Of a stretch of 64,000 nt of DNA, positions 53,002 through 63,184 are shown piece after piece. The position numbers and the translations under genes were made by a program. The number at the start of each line of letters is the position of its first letter. The stretch's first letter is position 1. Origin of the DNA: Acutalibacteraceae bacterium (lineage in GTDB: Bacteria > Bacillota > Clostridia > Oscillospirales > Acutalibacteraceae); contig JAZNJR010000003.1 in the NCBI GenBank assembly GCA_045578165.1, forward strand, positions 1,402-65,401, written 5' to 3'. The notes under the pieces were generated by a model. It made no database searches, was not told where the DNA came from, and saw only the letters and a list, made by a program, of their open reading frames with translations.

Positions 53002-54807
53002 CTACTCGTCTAATTTAAGCACAGCCATAAATGCCTCTTGCGGAACTTCAACGTTACCTAAGCGGCGCATACGTTTTTTACCCTCTTTTTGTTTTTCAAG
53101 AAGCTTTTTCTTACGGGTAATGTCGCCGCCGTAACATTTTGCAAGTACGTCTTTACGCATGGCTTTTACTGTTTCACGCGCAATAACCTTGCCCGAAACC
53201 GCAACCTGAACAGGAACCTCGAAAAGCTGACGGGGAATAAATTCCTTTAATTTTTCGGCAATTTTACGTGCGCGGGTATATGCGTTATCACTGTGAACAA
53301 TGAAAGAAAGCGCGTCAACCATATCGCCTGCAAGTAAAACGTCAAGCTTTACAAGCTTAGACTTTTCGTAACCTTTCATTTCATAGTCGTAACTTGCATA
53401 ACCCTTTGTGCGCGATTTAAGTGCGTCAAAAAAGTCATAAACAATTTCGCCCATTGGCATAATATAATGAATATCAACACGGTCGCCCATATATTTCATA
53501 TCGGTATAAACACCGCGACGTTCTTCGCAAAGCTGCATAATTGTGCCAACAAAACTGCTTGGCGAATAAATGTGAACGTCTGCTACGGGTTCAAGCGCGT
53601 CGACAATAATTGCAGGGTCGGGGTAATTGGTGGGGTTATCAACCGTTATGGTTTCGCCCGTTGCAAGTGTAAATTTATATTCAACGCTTGGCGCGGTGGT
53701 TACAAGGTCTAAATTGTATTCGCGTTCAAGTCGTTCTTGAATAATTTCCATGTGTAAAAGCCCCAAAAAGCCGCAGCGGAAGCCAAATCCCAATGCGTTT
53801 GAAGATTCGGGCTCAAACAAAAGGGAGGCGTCGTTAAGTTGAAGCTTGTCTAACGCGTCTCGCAAATCGGGGTATTTTGCACCGTCGGCGGGGTAAATAC
53901 CGCAGAAGACAACGGGGTTTACCTTACGGTAACCCTCAAGCGCTTGGGGTGTTGGGTTGTCTGCCAAGGTAATGGTGTCGCCTACACGCGCTTCGCTTAC
54001 TGTTTTAATAGAAGCCGCCAAATAACCAACCTCTCCCGCTTCTAAAACGTCGCATGGTTCAAGCGAGGTTGCACGTTTTCTGCCAAGCTCAACAATGTCA
54101 AACTGTGCGCCGGTTGCCATCATTTTAATAACGTCACCGCTTTTAATTTTACCGCTTACAACGCGGAAGTAAACAATAACGCCTTTGTACGAATCGTAAT
54201 AAGAATCGAAAATAAGGGCGGAAAGGGGTGCTTCGCGGTCGCCCTTTGGCGCGGGAATTTCGGTAACGATTTTTTCCAGCACTTCTTCAATGTTAATGCC
54301 CGTTTTTGCCGAAATTAAAGGTGCATTGTCGGCAGGAATACCGATAATATCTTCAATTTCGTTCTTAATTCGTTCCGGCTCGGCAGAGGGTAGGTCAATT
54401 TTATTAATTACGGGTAAAATTTCAAGCCCGTGGTCAACCGCCAAGTATGTGTTGGCAAGGGTTTGGGCTTCAATGCCTTGACTTGCGTCAACAATAAGTA
54501 CTGCACCCTCACAAGCGGCAAGGGAACGCGAAACTTCATAGTTAAAGTCAACGTGACCGGGGGTGTCAATTAAATTAAGCTCATAACGCTGACCGTCTTT
54601 GGCATCGTAATAAAGAGTAACCGCGTGCGCTTTAATAGTAATACCGCGTTCACGTTCCAAATCCATACTGTCAAGAATTTGTTCTTCCATATCACGACTT
54701 GCTACCGACTGGGTGTGTTCAAGCAAACGGTCAGCCAAAGTAGACTTGCCATGGTCGATATGTGCTACAATACAAAAATTTCTAATTTTATCTAACGGAA
54801 ATGACAC
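53002..54807 (-). CDS. lepA: translation elongation factor 4
   Basis: 601 aa. [32 protein letters not shown] and a LepA-specific C-terminus. GTG start 8 nt after AAGGAG. Confidence 0.95.
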   Translation of the reverse strand: MSFPLDKIRNFCIVAHIDHGKSTLADRLLEHTQSVASRDMEEQILDSMDLERERGITIKAHAVTLYYDAKDGQRYELNLIDTPGHVDFNYEVSRSLAACEGAVLIVDASQGIEAQTLANTYLAVDHGLEILPVINKIDLPSAEPERIKNEIEDIIGIPADNAPLISAKTGINIEEVLEKIVTEIPAPKGDREAPLSALIFDSYYDSYKGVIVYFRVVSGKIKSGDVIKMMATGAQFDIVELGRKRATSLEPCDVLEAGEVGYLAASIKTVSEARVGDTITLADNPTPQALEGYRKVNPVVFCGIYPADGAKYPDLRDALDKLQLNDASLLFEPESSNALGFGFRCGFLGLLHMEIIQERLEREYNLDLVTTAPSVEYKFTLATGETITVDNPTNYPDPAIIVDALEPVADVHIYSPSSFVGTIMQLCEERRGVYTDMKYMGDRVDIHYIMPMGEIVYDFFDALKSRTKGYASYDYEMKGYEKSKLVKLDVLLAGDMVDALSFIVHSDNAYTRARKIAEKLKEFIPRQLFEVPVQVAVSGKVIARETVKAMRKDVLAKCYGGDITRKKKLLEKQKEGKKRMRRLGNVEVPQEAFMAVLKLDE

Positions 54808-54897
54808 TTACATTTCTCCTTGTAACATAGTTTGTTTTATTGTATCACAAACTTTTGTAATTTACAATTTATTTCTTTTAAACCGAGGGTAATTTTC

Positions 54898-54926
54898 TTG
54901 ACAATATATATATTATATGCTAAAAT
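54898..54926 (+). promoter_or_regulatory. sigma-A promoter of the pyr operon
   Basis: TTGACA (54898-54903), 17-nt spacer, TAAAAT (54921-54926), 51 nt upstream of the pyrC GTG. Confidence 0.5.
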
Positions 54927-54977
54927 ATATTGAAATTTATGGTGGGGCATACCGTTATATTATTGGGAGGGTTGAAA

Positions 54978-56183
54978 GTGACAGTTCAAAACGCAAAGGT
55001 TTATATGAATAAGCAATTCGTTTTGCAGGACATTTCCATTCCTTGTGGTATCGCCATTTCTAAATTTAATAATTTAGTTGTTTTACCGGCTTTTTGTGAT
55101 GTACACGTACATTTACGAGAGCCGGGTTTTTCTTATAAGGAAACAATTTTGACAGGCACTAAAGCGGCGGCTCGCGGCGGTTATTCCGATGTGTGTTCAA
55201 TGCCTAACTTAAATCCCGTACCCGACAGCTTAGAGAATTTACAAAAACAGTTGGCCATAATAAAAAGTGATGCAGTTATAAAAGTTCATCCTTACGCTTC
55301 AATAACGGTTGGGCAAAAAGGGGAAGAATTGGTCGATTTTGATGCGCTTTCAAATGCATTTGCTTTTTCGGACGACGGTAAAGGCGTTCAAAGTGAAGAT
55401 ATGATGCGCCGCGCTATGATTAATGCAAAACGTGTTGGCAAAATTATAGTTGCCCATTGTGAACAAAATTCGCTTTTAAAAGGCGGCTATATTCATGACG
55501 GGAAATATGCTGAAATACACGGTCACAAGGGTATTTGCAGTGAAAGTGAATGGATGCCGATAAAACGAGATTTATTTCTTGCAAAAGAAACGGGATGTAA
55601 ATATCATGTTTGCCATATTTCAACAAAGGAAAGCGTTGATTTAATTCGAAAAGCTAAGGCGGACGGTGTGGACGTTACTTGTGAAACTGCACCACATTAC
55701 CTTGTGTTCAACGATATGGATTTAATTGAGGACGGGCGCTTTAAAATGAACCCGCCGATTAGGTCCGAAAGTGACCGCTTGGCACTTATTGAAGGCATAA
55801 AAGACGGAACAATTGATATGATAGCAACCGACCACGCACCCCATAGCAAAGAGGAAAAATCAAGGGGTCTAAAGGACAGCGCGTTTGGTGTGGTTGGCAT
55901 TGAAACCGCTTTTTCTGTTATGTATACCCACTTTGTTAAAACGGGAATAATAACACTTGAAAAGTTGGTTGAATTAATGGCGGAAAATCCCCGAAAACGT
56001 TTTGGCATAGTCGATAGCGGTTATACCGTGTGGGATTTAGATAAAAAATTTAAAGTTAACCCGAAAGAATTTTTATCGCTTGGCAAAGCTACACCTTTTG
56101 AGGATTGCGAGCTGTACGGTGAATGTTTAATGACGGTTTGTAATAACAAGGTTGTTTACAAAAGCAACAAATTGGGAGAATAA
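54978..56183 (+). CDS. pyrC: dihydroorotase
   Basis: FCDVHVHLREPG (HxH), MPN, a later VAHCE/CHIS, and ATDHAPH. The GTG at 54978, after GGGAGGG, is preferred over the track start at 54930. Confidence 0.9.
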   Translation: MTVQNAKVYMNKQFVLQDISIPCGIAISKFNNLVVLPAFCDVHVHLREPGFSYKETILTGTKAAARGGYSDVCSMPNLNPVPDSLENLQKQLAIIKSDAVIKVHPYASITVGQKGEELVDFDALSNAFAFSDDGKGVQSEDMMRRAMINAKRVGKIIVAHCEQNSLLKGGYIHDGKYAEIHGHKGICSESEWMPIKRDLFLAKETGCKYHVCHISTKESVDLIRKAKADGVDVTCETAPHYLVFNDMDLIEDGRFKMNPPIRSESDRLALIEGIKDGTIDMIATDHAPHSKEEKSRGLKDSAFGVVGIETAFSVMYTHFVKTGIITLEKLVELMAENPRKRFGIVDSGYTVWDLDKKFKVNPKEFLSLGKATPFEDCELYGECLMTVCNNKVVYKSNKLGE

Positions 56184-56185
56184 TT

Positions 56186-59100
56186 ATGGCAAAAAGAAAA
56201 GATTTAAAGAAAATTTTAATTATCGGTTCGGGTCCTATCGTTATTGGTCAGGCGGCTGAATTCGATTATGCGGGCACACAAGCGTGTCTTGCGTTAAAGG
56301 AAGAGGGTTATGAAGTAATTCTTTGCAACTCAAACCCTGCAACCATTATGACCGACACCGCCATTGCCGATAAGGTTTATATGGAACCTTTAACCTTGGA
56401 ATTTGTGGCAAAGGTTATTCGTTATGAACGTCCCGACGCAATCGTGCCCGGTATTGGCGGTCAGACAGGTCTTAACCTTGCAATGCAGCTTGAAGAAAAA
56501 GGCATACTTAAAGAATGCGGTGTTGAACTTTTGGGTACAAGCAGTGAAAGTATTCAGCGTGCTGAAGATCGCGAAATGTTTAAAGCACTTTGCGAATCTA
56601 TAAACGAACCAACCATTCCCTCCAAAATAACCTACAGTCTTGAAGAAGCTAAAGTAGCTGCAGAAGAAATTGGTTACCCGGTTGTTTTGCGCCCTGCATT
56701 TACCTTGGGTGGTACAGGCGGCGGTTTTGCTTATAACGAAAGTGAACTTATTGAAGTTGGTCTTAATGCGTTTAAGTTATCTCCCGTACATCAGGTTTTA
56801 ATTGAAAAAAGCGTTAAGGGTTACAAGGAAATTGAATTTGAAGTTATGCGTGACGGTAACGACAAAGCCATTACCATTTGCGGTATGGAAAATATTGATC
56901 CCGTTGGTGTTCACACCGGCGACTCGATAGTTGTTGCCCCAATTATGACGCTTAGCGACCATGACCTTAAAATGCTTAACGATAGTGCAATTAAAATTAT
57001 TCGCGAGCTTAAAATTGAGGGTGGCTGTAACGTACAGTTTGCCTTAAATCCCGACAGCAGCGAATATTATCTTATTGAGGTTAATCCACGTGTTTCACGT
57101 TCGTCGGCACTTGCGTCAAAAGCCAGTGGTTACCCCATTGCGCGTGTTACTGCAAAAATTGCGGTTGGTATGACCCTTGATGAAATTAAAATTGCAAATA
57201 CAAATGCCGCATTTGAACCAAAGCTTGATTATATAATTACCAAATTGCCGCGTTTTCCGTTTGATAAGTTTACCACTGCATCAAACATTCTTGGCACCCA
57301 AATGAAAGCAACGGGCGAAGTAATGGGAATTGGCTCTACTTTAGAAGAATCTCTTTTAAAGGGCACACGCTCACTTGAAATTGGTATAAATCACCTTTAT
57401 CATCACAAGTTTAATAACATGACTGATGATGAACTTCGCGAATACATCAGTCAGTTTAGAGATGATAACCTTTTTGCCATTGCCGAATTTATTTATCGCG
57501 GCGCAACCGTTGAGGAAATTCACGAAATCACAAAAATTACATCATTCTTCCTTGAAGCAATTAAAAAGATTATCGATATGGAAGAAAACCTAAAGGTTAA
57601 TACCTTTAATCTTGAAGTGCTTACAGCCGCTAAAAAGATGGGCTTTTCCGACAAGTACGTTGCACGTATGTGGAAATGTAGCGAAATTGAGGTTTACAAC
57701 TTCCGTAAAGCGCATAAATTATTGCCCGTTTTCCGCATGGTTGACACCTGCCACACAGGTGCATATATTCCTTATTTTTATTCGTCTTACAATGGTGAAA
57801 ATGCATCTCGTCTTACTGATAAAAAGAAAATTGTCGTTTTGGGTGCAGGTCCTATCAGAATTGGTCAGGGTGTCGAATTTGACTATTCTACCGTACATGC
57901 GGTTACAACTATTAAAAATTCGGGTTATGAAGCAATTATAATTAATAACAACCCCGAAACCGTTTCAACCGATTATACCTGCTCGGACAAGCTTTATTTT
58001 GAACCCTTAACCCCTGAAGACGTTATGAACATTATTGATTTCGAACAGCCCGAGGGTGTTATTGCGTCTTTGGGCGGTCAAACCGCAATTAATTTGGCAG
58101 AACCGTTAATGGCGCGCGGCGTTAAGATTATCGGTACCGACTGTGACGCTATTGAACGCGCCGAAAACCGCGATAGCTTTGAAAAGGTGTTAAAATCACT
58201 TAATATTCCGCAGCCAAAGGGTAAAGCGGTTACAAATATCGAAGCCGGTGTTGAAGCGGCGGCTGAAATCGGCTACCCTGTGCTTGTTCGTCCGTCATTC
58301 GTTTTGGGCGGCCGCGCAATGCAAATCGTTGCCGATGAAAACCAACTTCGTACCTATCTTAAAACCGCGGTTGAAATTGATGAAGACCGTCCCGTTTTGG
58401 TTGATAAATATATTCAGGGTAAAGAGGTTGAAGTTGACGCTATTTGCGATGGTATTGACGTGTTTGTTCCCGGTATTATGGAACTTGTCGAAAGAACGGG
58501 TATTCATTCGGGCGACTCGATAAGTGTTTACCCAACCTTCAGTATTTCTGACAAGGTAAAGGGCATAATTTTACAGTACGCTAAAAAATTGGGTCTTGGC
58601 ATTGGTATTGTCGGTCTTTACAACATTCAGTTTATTGTTGATAAAAACGACGACGTTTATATCATTGAAGTTAACCCGCGTTCTTCTCGTACCGTGCCAT
58701 TCCTTTCAAAAGCAACGGGTTATTCTCTTGCCGATATTGCAACCGAAGTAATCCTTGGCAAATCTCTTAAAGAGCAGGGTATATTTGATATCTACCCCGA
58801 AGAGAAAAAGCGTTATTACGTAAAGGTGCCCGTGTTCTCGTTCAATAAAATTCGTGGTTTGGATGCATATTTGTCTCCCGAAATGAAATCAACCGGCGAA
58901 GCAATCGGTTATGACAACAAGCTTACCCGTGCACTTTATAAAGCGCTTGAAGCCAGTGGTATGAAGCTTCAAAATTATGGTACAATTTTGGCAACCATTG
59001 CCGACTGTGATAAGGAAGAAGCGTTACCGCTTATTCGTCGTTTCTACAACCTTGGCTTTAATATTGAAGCCACTAAGGGTACTGCAGAATTCTTAAAGAA

Positions 59101-59359
59101 AAACGGAATTCGCACTCACGTGCTTAAAAAGCTCGGCGAAGGCAGTGAAGAAATTCCAGAAGCTATTCGTCAGGGTCATATTGCATATATTATAAATACC
59201 CGTGATATTAATTCACATGGTCCTGTGACAGATGGTCACGAAATTCGTCTTTGCGCAACCGAAAACAACGTAACCTTGTTTACTGCGCTTGACACTGTGC
59301 GTGTTCTTTTAGACGTTTTAGAAGAAACCACGCTTACTATTTCTACTATTGATGCTTGA
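56186..59359 (+). CDS. carB: carbamoyl-phosphate synthase large subunit
   Basis: 1057 aa. Two ATP-grasp halves (KILIIGSGPIVIGQAAEFDYAGTQA and KIVVLGAGPIRIGQGVEFDYSTVHA) and an MGS-like C-terminus. Confidence 0.95.
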   Translation: MAKRKDLKKILIIGSGPIVIGQAAEFDYAGTQACLALKEEGYEVILCNSNPATIMTDTAIADKVYMEPLTLEFVAKVIRYERPDAIVPGIGGQTGLNLAMQLEEKGILKECGVELLGTSSESIQRAEDREMFKALCESINEPTIPSKITYSLEEAKVAAEEIGYPVVLRPAFTLGGTGGGFAYNESELIEVGLNAFKLSPVHQVLIEKSVKGYKEIEFEVMRDGNDKAITICGMENIDPVGVHTGDSIVVAPIMTLSDHDLKMLNDSAIKIIRELKIEGGCNVQFALNPDSSEYYLIEVNPRVSRSSALASKASGYPIARVTAKIAVGMTLDEIKIANTNAAFEPKLDYIITKLPRFPFDKFTTASNILGTQMKATGEVMGIGSTLEESLLKGTRSLEIGINHLYHHKFNNMTDDELREYISQFRDDNLFAIAEFIYRGATVEEIHEITKITSFFLEAIKKIIDMEENLKVNTFNLEVLTAAKKMGFSDKYVARMWKCSEIEVYNFRKAHKLLPVFRMVDTCHTGAYIPYFYSSYNGENASRLTDKKKIVVLGAGPIRIGQGVEFDYSTVHAVTTIKNSGYEAIIINNNPETVSTDYTCSDKLYFEPLTPEDVMNIIDFEQPEGVIASLGGQTAINLAEPLMARGVKIIGTDCDAIERAENRDSFEKVLKSLNIPQPKGKAVTNIEAGVEAAAEIGYPVLVRPSFVLGGRAMQIVADENQLRTYLKTAVEIDEDRPVLVDKYIQGKEVEVDAICDGIDVFVPGIMELVERTGIHSGDSISVYPTFSISDKVKGIILQYAKKLGLGIGIVGLYNIQFIVDKNDDVYIIEVNPRSSRTVPFLSKATGYSLADIATEVILGKSLKEQGIFDIYPEEKKRYYVKVPVFSFNKIRGLDAYLSPEMKSTGEAIGYDNKLTRALYKALEASGMKLQNYGTILATIADCDKEEALPLIRRFYNLGFNIEATKGTAEFLKKNGIRTHVLKKLGEGSEEIPEAIRQGHIAYIINTRDINSHGPVTDGHEIRLCATENNVTLFTALDTVRVLLDVLEETTLTISTIDA

Positions 59360-59370
59360 GGTAATTTAAA

Positions 59371-60102
59371 ATGGTAAAGCAAGGAATTTATAAAATTCTT
59401 TATAACTATGCTTTAACGAGTTCGGTTTACAGTATGGTGCTTGAGGGTGACACATCGGCACTTATTGCACCGGGTCAGTTTATAAACATTAAGCTTGAAG
59501 GCAAGTTTTTGCGTCGTCCCATTTCGGTGTGTGATTATACCGATAAAACCATAACCATTATTTACAAGGTTGTGGGTGATGGCACCGAGCAAATGTCAAA
59601 AATGAAAGCGGGCGAAGCCCTTGATATACTCACAGGTCTTGGCAACGGTTTTAACCCCGAAGTGCCCTGTCAAAAGCCGCTTTTAATTGGCGGCGGTGTG
59701 GGTATTCCTCCACTTTTTAACCTTTGTAAAGAACTTTTAAAATTGGGTAAAACCCCAACTGTAATTCTTGGCTTTAACACAAAGGATGAAATTTTTTACG
59801 ATAAAGCGTTTGAAATGCTTGGCGTAAAGGTTATTGTTACCACTGCCGACGGAAGTGCGGGAGTAAAGGGTTTTGTAACCGACGCCATGGGCGACGATTA
59901 CGACTATTTCTTTACCTGCGGTCCGATGCCAATGTTTAAAGCGATTGAAAGCAAGGCCAAAACCAGCGGTCAATTCAGTTTTGAAGAAAGAATGGGTTGT
60001 GGCTTTGGTGCTTGTATGGGCTGCAGTTGTAAAACCAAATACGGTAATAAACGCATTTGTAAAGACGGCCCCGTACTTTACAGGGAGGAGATTATATGGT
60101 AA
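59371..60102 (+). CDS. pyrK: dihydroorotate dehydrogenase electron-transfer subunit
   Basis: 243 aa. FAD/NAD domain plus a C-terminal 2Fe-2S motif CGFGACMGCSC. Confidence 0.9.
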   Translation: MVKQGIYKILYNYALTSSVYSMVLEGDTSALIAPGQFINIKLEGKFLRRPISVCDYTDKTITIIYKVVGDGTEQMSKMKAGEALDILTGLGNGFNPEVPCQKPLLIGGGVGIPPLFNLCKELLKLGKTPTVILGFNTKDEIFYDKAFEMLGVKVIVTTADGSAGVKGFVTDAMGDDYDYFFTCGPMPMFKAIESKAKTSGQFSFEERMGCGFGACMGCSCKTKYGNKRICKDGPVLYREEIIW

Positions 60103-61007
60103 ATACAAAAGTTAATCTTTGCGGTATAGAGCTTTCCAACCCAATAATCCCTGCAAGCGGCACCTTTGGTTTTGGCTATGAATTTGCTGACCTTTACGAT
60201 ATAAACCGTCTTGGTACGTTTTCCTTTAAAGGTACTACTAAAGACGCACGTTTTGGTAATCCCACACCCCGCATTGCCGAGGTGGAAAACGGTATGATAA
60301 ATTCGGTTGGTCTTCAAAACCCCGGCGTTGATGCAGTAATTGAAAATGAACTTCCAAAGCTAAAAGAATGCTTTAACAAAAAGGTTATGGCTAACGTTAG
60401 CGGTTTTTCGGTTGACGATTACGTTTACACCTGCGAAAAATTAAACGCCGAAGACCAAATCGGTTGGCTTGAGGTTAATATTTCTTGCCCTAACGTTCAT
60501 GGCGGCGGTTTGGCTTTTGGCACTAATGCAAAAAACGCCGCCGAGGTTACAAAAGCAGTTAAAAAAGTGACCGACAAGCCCGTCATTATTAAACTTTCGC
60601 CCAACGTTACCGATATTGCTGAAATTGCAAAGGCGTGTGAAGGTGAGGGCGCAGACGGTATTTCGCTTATAAACACCCATTTGGGCATGAAAATTGATTT
60701 AAAAACTAAAAAACCCGTTTTAGCCAATAAAATGGGTGGCTTTTCAGGTCCTGCAATAAAACCCGTTGCAGTTAGAATGGTATACCAGGTTTACGACGCG
60801 GTAAAGATTCCTGTCGTTGGTATGGGTGGTATTACAACTGCCGAAGACGTTATCGAATTTATGCTCGCAGGTGCTACCGCGGTACAGGTGGGGGCAGCCA
60901 ATCTTGTTAACCCCTTTGCTTGTCGCGACATTATAAATATGTTGCCTAAAACAATGGAAAGATATGGAATTAAGGACTTAAATGATATTATAGGGGGAGC
61001 ACATTAA
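60096..61007 (+). CDS. pyrD: dihydroorotate dehydrogenase B catalytic subunit
   Basis: 303 aa. [19 protein letters not shown] and GGITTAEDV. Confidence 0.92.
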   Translation: MVNTKVNLCGIELSNPIIPASGTFGFGYEFADLYDINRLGTFSFKGTTKDARFGNPTPRIAEVENGMINSVGLQNPGVDAVIENELPKLKECFNKKVMANVSGFSVDDYVYTCEKLNAEDQIGWLEVNISCPNVHGGGLAFGTNAKNAAEVTKAVKKVTDKPVIIKLSPNVTDIAEIAKACEGEGADGISLINTHLGMKIDLKTKKPVLANKMGGFSGPAIKPVAVRMVYQVYDAVKIPVVGMGGITTAEDVIEFMLAGATAVQVGAANLVNPFACRDIINMLPKTMERYGIKDLNDIIGGAH

Positions 61008-61705
61008 TGGGTAAGGACGTTATTATTGCTTGCGATTTTGCCAGTAAGGAACAGGTTTTAACTTTTTTGGACAAATTTACAGACAAAAAACCGTTTGTTA
61101 AAATCGGTATGGAGCTTTTTTATGCCGAAGGTCCTGAAATTGTTCGTGAAATTAAAGCGAGAGGACATAAAATTTTTCTTGATTTAAAGCTTCACGATAT
61201 TCCCAACACAGTTAAAAAGTCAATGGCGGTGTTATCACGTTTGGACGTTGATATGACAAACCTTCACGCCGCAGGTACCATTAATATGATGAAAGCCGCA
61301 CTCGAGGGTCTTACCCGTGAAGACGGTAGTCGACCAATGCTTATTGCAGTAACCCAGCTTACTTCTACCGACCAGGAAACAATGGAAAACGACCTTTTAA
61401 TTAAAGAGCCCATTGCCAACGTTGTAATGCACTATGCCGCAAACGCTGAAAAGGCAGGTCTTGATGGTGTGGTTTGTTCTCCGCTTGAAGCAGGTAAAGT
61501 ACACGACCGTTGCGGTAAGAATTTTGTTACCGTTACCCCGGGAGTTCGTTTTGCCGACGGTGATATTGGCGACCAAAAACGTGTTATGACACCTGCCGCC
61601 GCCAAAGAAATCGGCAGTGACTATATCGTTGTAGGCCGTCCCATTACTGCTGCCAGCGACCCCGTTGTTGCGTATGAACGCTGTTGTGAAGAGTTTATTG
61701 GGTAA
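61007..61705 (+). CDS. pyrF: orotidine 5'-phosphate decarboxylase
   Basis: 232 aa. IIACDF...FVKIGMELF...[12 protein letters not shown] (DxKxxD). Confidence 0.92.
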   Translation: MGKDVIIACDFASKEQVLTFLDKFTDKKPFVKIGMELFYAEGPEIVREIKARGHKIFLDLKLHDIPNTVKKSMAVLSRLDVDMTNLHAAGTINMMKAALEGLTREDGSRPMLIAVTQLTSTDQETMENDLLIKEPIANVVMHYAANAEKAGLDGVVCSPLEAGKVHDRCGKNFVTVTPGVRFADGDIGDQKRVMTPAAAKEIGSDYIVVGRPITAASDPVVAYERCCEEFIG

Positions 61706-61709
61706 TAAA

Positions 61710-62516
61710 ATGAAATATAAAATTGACCACGACTTACACATTCATTCGTATATTTCAGCTTGTTCAAACGACCCCTTGCAAAATAATGACAGCATTTTAC
61801 AATATGCAAAGGATAGCGGCCTTAAAACAATTTGTTTGACTGATCATTTTTGGGACGAGGCAGTCGAGGGGCCAAGTAATTGGTACAGACCTCAAAATTA
61901 TGAATGGATAAAAAGGGCGTTACCTTTGCCCCAAGCAGACGGAATACGCTTTTTATTCGGTTGCGAAACTGAGCTTCGAAAGGATTTTACACTTGGTATC
62001 TCCAAAGAAAGCTTTGATAAGTTTGATTTTGTCATAATTCCCACCACACATTTACATATGATGGGATTTACTCTCAATGAAGAGGACGACAGTATTGAAA
62101 GTCGTGCAAAGCTTTGGGTTGACCGCTTTGAAGCAGTGCTTAATATGGATTTGCCGTTTCATAAGGTAGGTATTGCACATTTAACCTGTAGTCTTGCTAC
62201 ACCTGCAAATAAGGGTTTTACTAAAGAAGATTATCTGCGGTTTTTAAATTTAATACCACAGCGAAAGCTTGATGAGCTTTTTACAAAGGCGGCAAAGCTT
62301 GGTGTAGGCATTGAACTTAATTTGGAAGGAAAAATTTTTGATGCAGATGCAGAGGATTCCATTTTCCGCATTTACAAAACCGCAAAAAATTGTGGTTGCA
62401 AATTTTATCTTGGCTCTGACGCACATAACCCTGGCTATTATAAACAGGCAATGGCTTGTTTTAATAAAGCAATAGCGGTACTTGATCTTACTGAAGATGA
62501 TAAGTTTATTATATAA
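61710..62516 (+). CDS. PHP-domain (polymerase/histidinol-phosphatase-like) metallophosphoesterase of unknown role
   Basis: MKYKIDHDLHIHS (HxH), LTDH, TTHLH and GSDAH. The start is moved to the ATG at 61710, because the track ORF overlaps the pyrF 3' end. Confidence 0.6.
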   Translation: MKYKIDHDLHIHSYISACSNDPLQNNDSILQYAKDSGLKTICLTDHFWDEAVEGPSNWYRPQNYEWIKRALPLPQADGIRFLFGCETELRKDFTLGISKESFDKFDFVIIPTTHLHMMGFTLNEEDDSIESRAKLWVDRFEAVLNMDLPFHKVGIAHLTCSLATPANKGFTKEDYLRFLNLIPQRKLDELFTKAAKLGVGIELNLEGKIFDADAEDSIFRIYKTAKNCGCKFYLGSDAHNPGYYKQAMACFNKAIAVLDLTEDDKFII

Positions 62517-62527
62517 GGAGAAGAAAA

Positions 62528-63181
62528 ATGGAAAGCTATAAAAGAGAGTTTATACAGTTTTTAGAAAACGCAGGTGTTTTAAAGTTTGGCGATTTTACTG
62601 CCAAATCGGGCAGAAAAATTCCTTATTTTATAAATGCGGGCGATATTAAAACAGGCGACCAAATTTCAAAGCTTGGCGAATTTTATGCCAAAGCATATTT
62701 TGAAAAGGTTGGCAACAAAAAAACCGTACTTTACGGTCCCGCGTATAAGGGTATTCCGATAGCGGTATCTGTTGCTTGTGCTTTATCAAAACAGGGCTTA
62801 GACGTTCCGTTTTTCTTTAACAGAAAAGAAGAAAAGGACCACGGTGAAGGCGGTGTATTTGTAGGTTATAAACCTCAAGGCGAAGATATCGTAATTGTTG
62901 AAGACGTTATTACCGCAGGTACCGCAATTCGCGAAAGTATGGAAATTTTGTCATTCCTTAAAGACAGTAAGGTTTGTGCTGTTTTTGTAATGGTTGACCG
63001 TAAAGAAAAGGGCAAGACCGAAAAATCTGCAATGGCTGAAGTTGGCGAAGAATTTAGTTTCCCTGTATATTCGGTTGTTGATGTTTACGATATTATAGAA
63101 TACTTAAGCGAAGACGAAAAGAACGCTGAAAACGTAGAAAGAATTAAAAATTATCTTGCCATAAATGGCGCAAAGGAATAA
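62528..63181 (+). CDS. pyrE: orotate phosphoribosyltransferase
   Basis: 217 aa. PRPP-binding motif VIVEDVITAGTA. Confidence 0.9.
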   Translation: MESYKREFIQFLENAGVLKFGDFTAKSGRKIPYFINAGDIKTGDQISKLGEFYAKAYFEKVGNKKTVLYGPAYKGIPIAVSVACALSKQGLDVPFFFNRKEEKDHGEGGVFVGYKPQGEDIVIVEDVITAGTAIRESMEILSFLKDSKVCAVFVMVDRKEKGKTEKSAMAEVGEEFSFPVYSVVDVYDIIEYLSEDEKNAENVERIKNYLAINGAKE

Positions 63182-63184
63182 AAA

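Noticed and set aside
54927-54977. PyrR-binding attenuator or other riboswitch in the pyr leader
   Set aside because: The leader is only ~51 nt, has no terminator/antiterminator alternative hairpins, and has no purine-rich PyrR-box-like loop that I could find.
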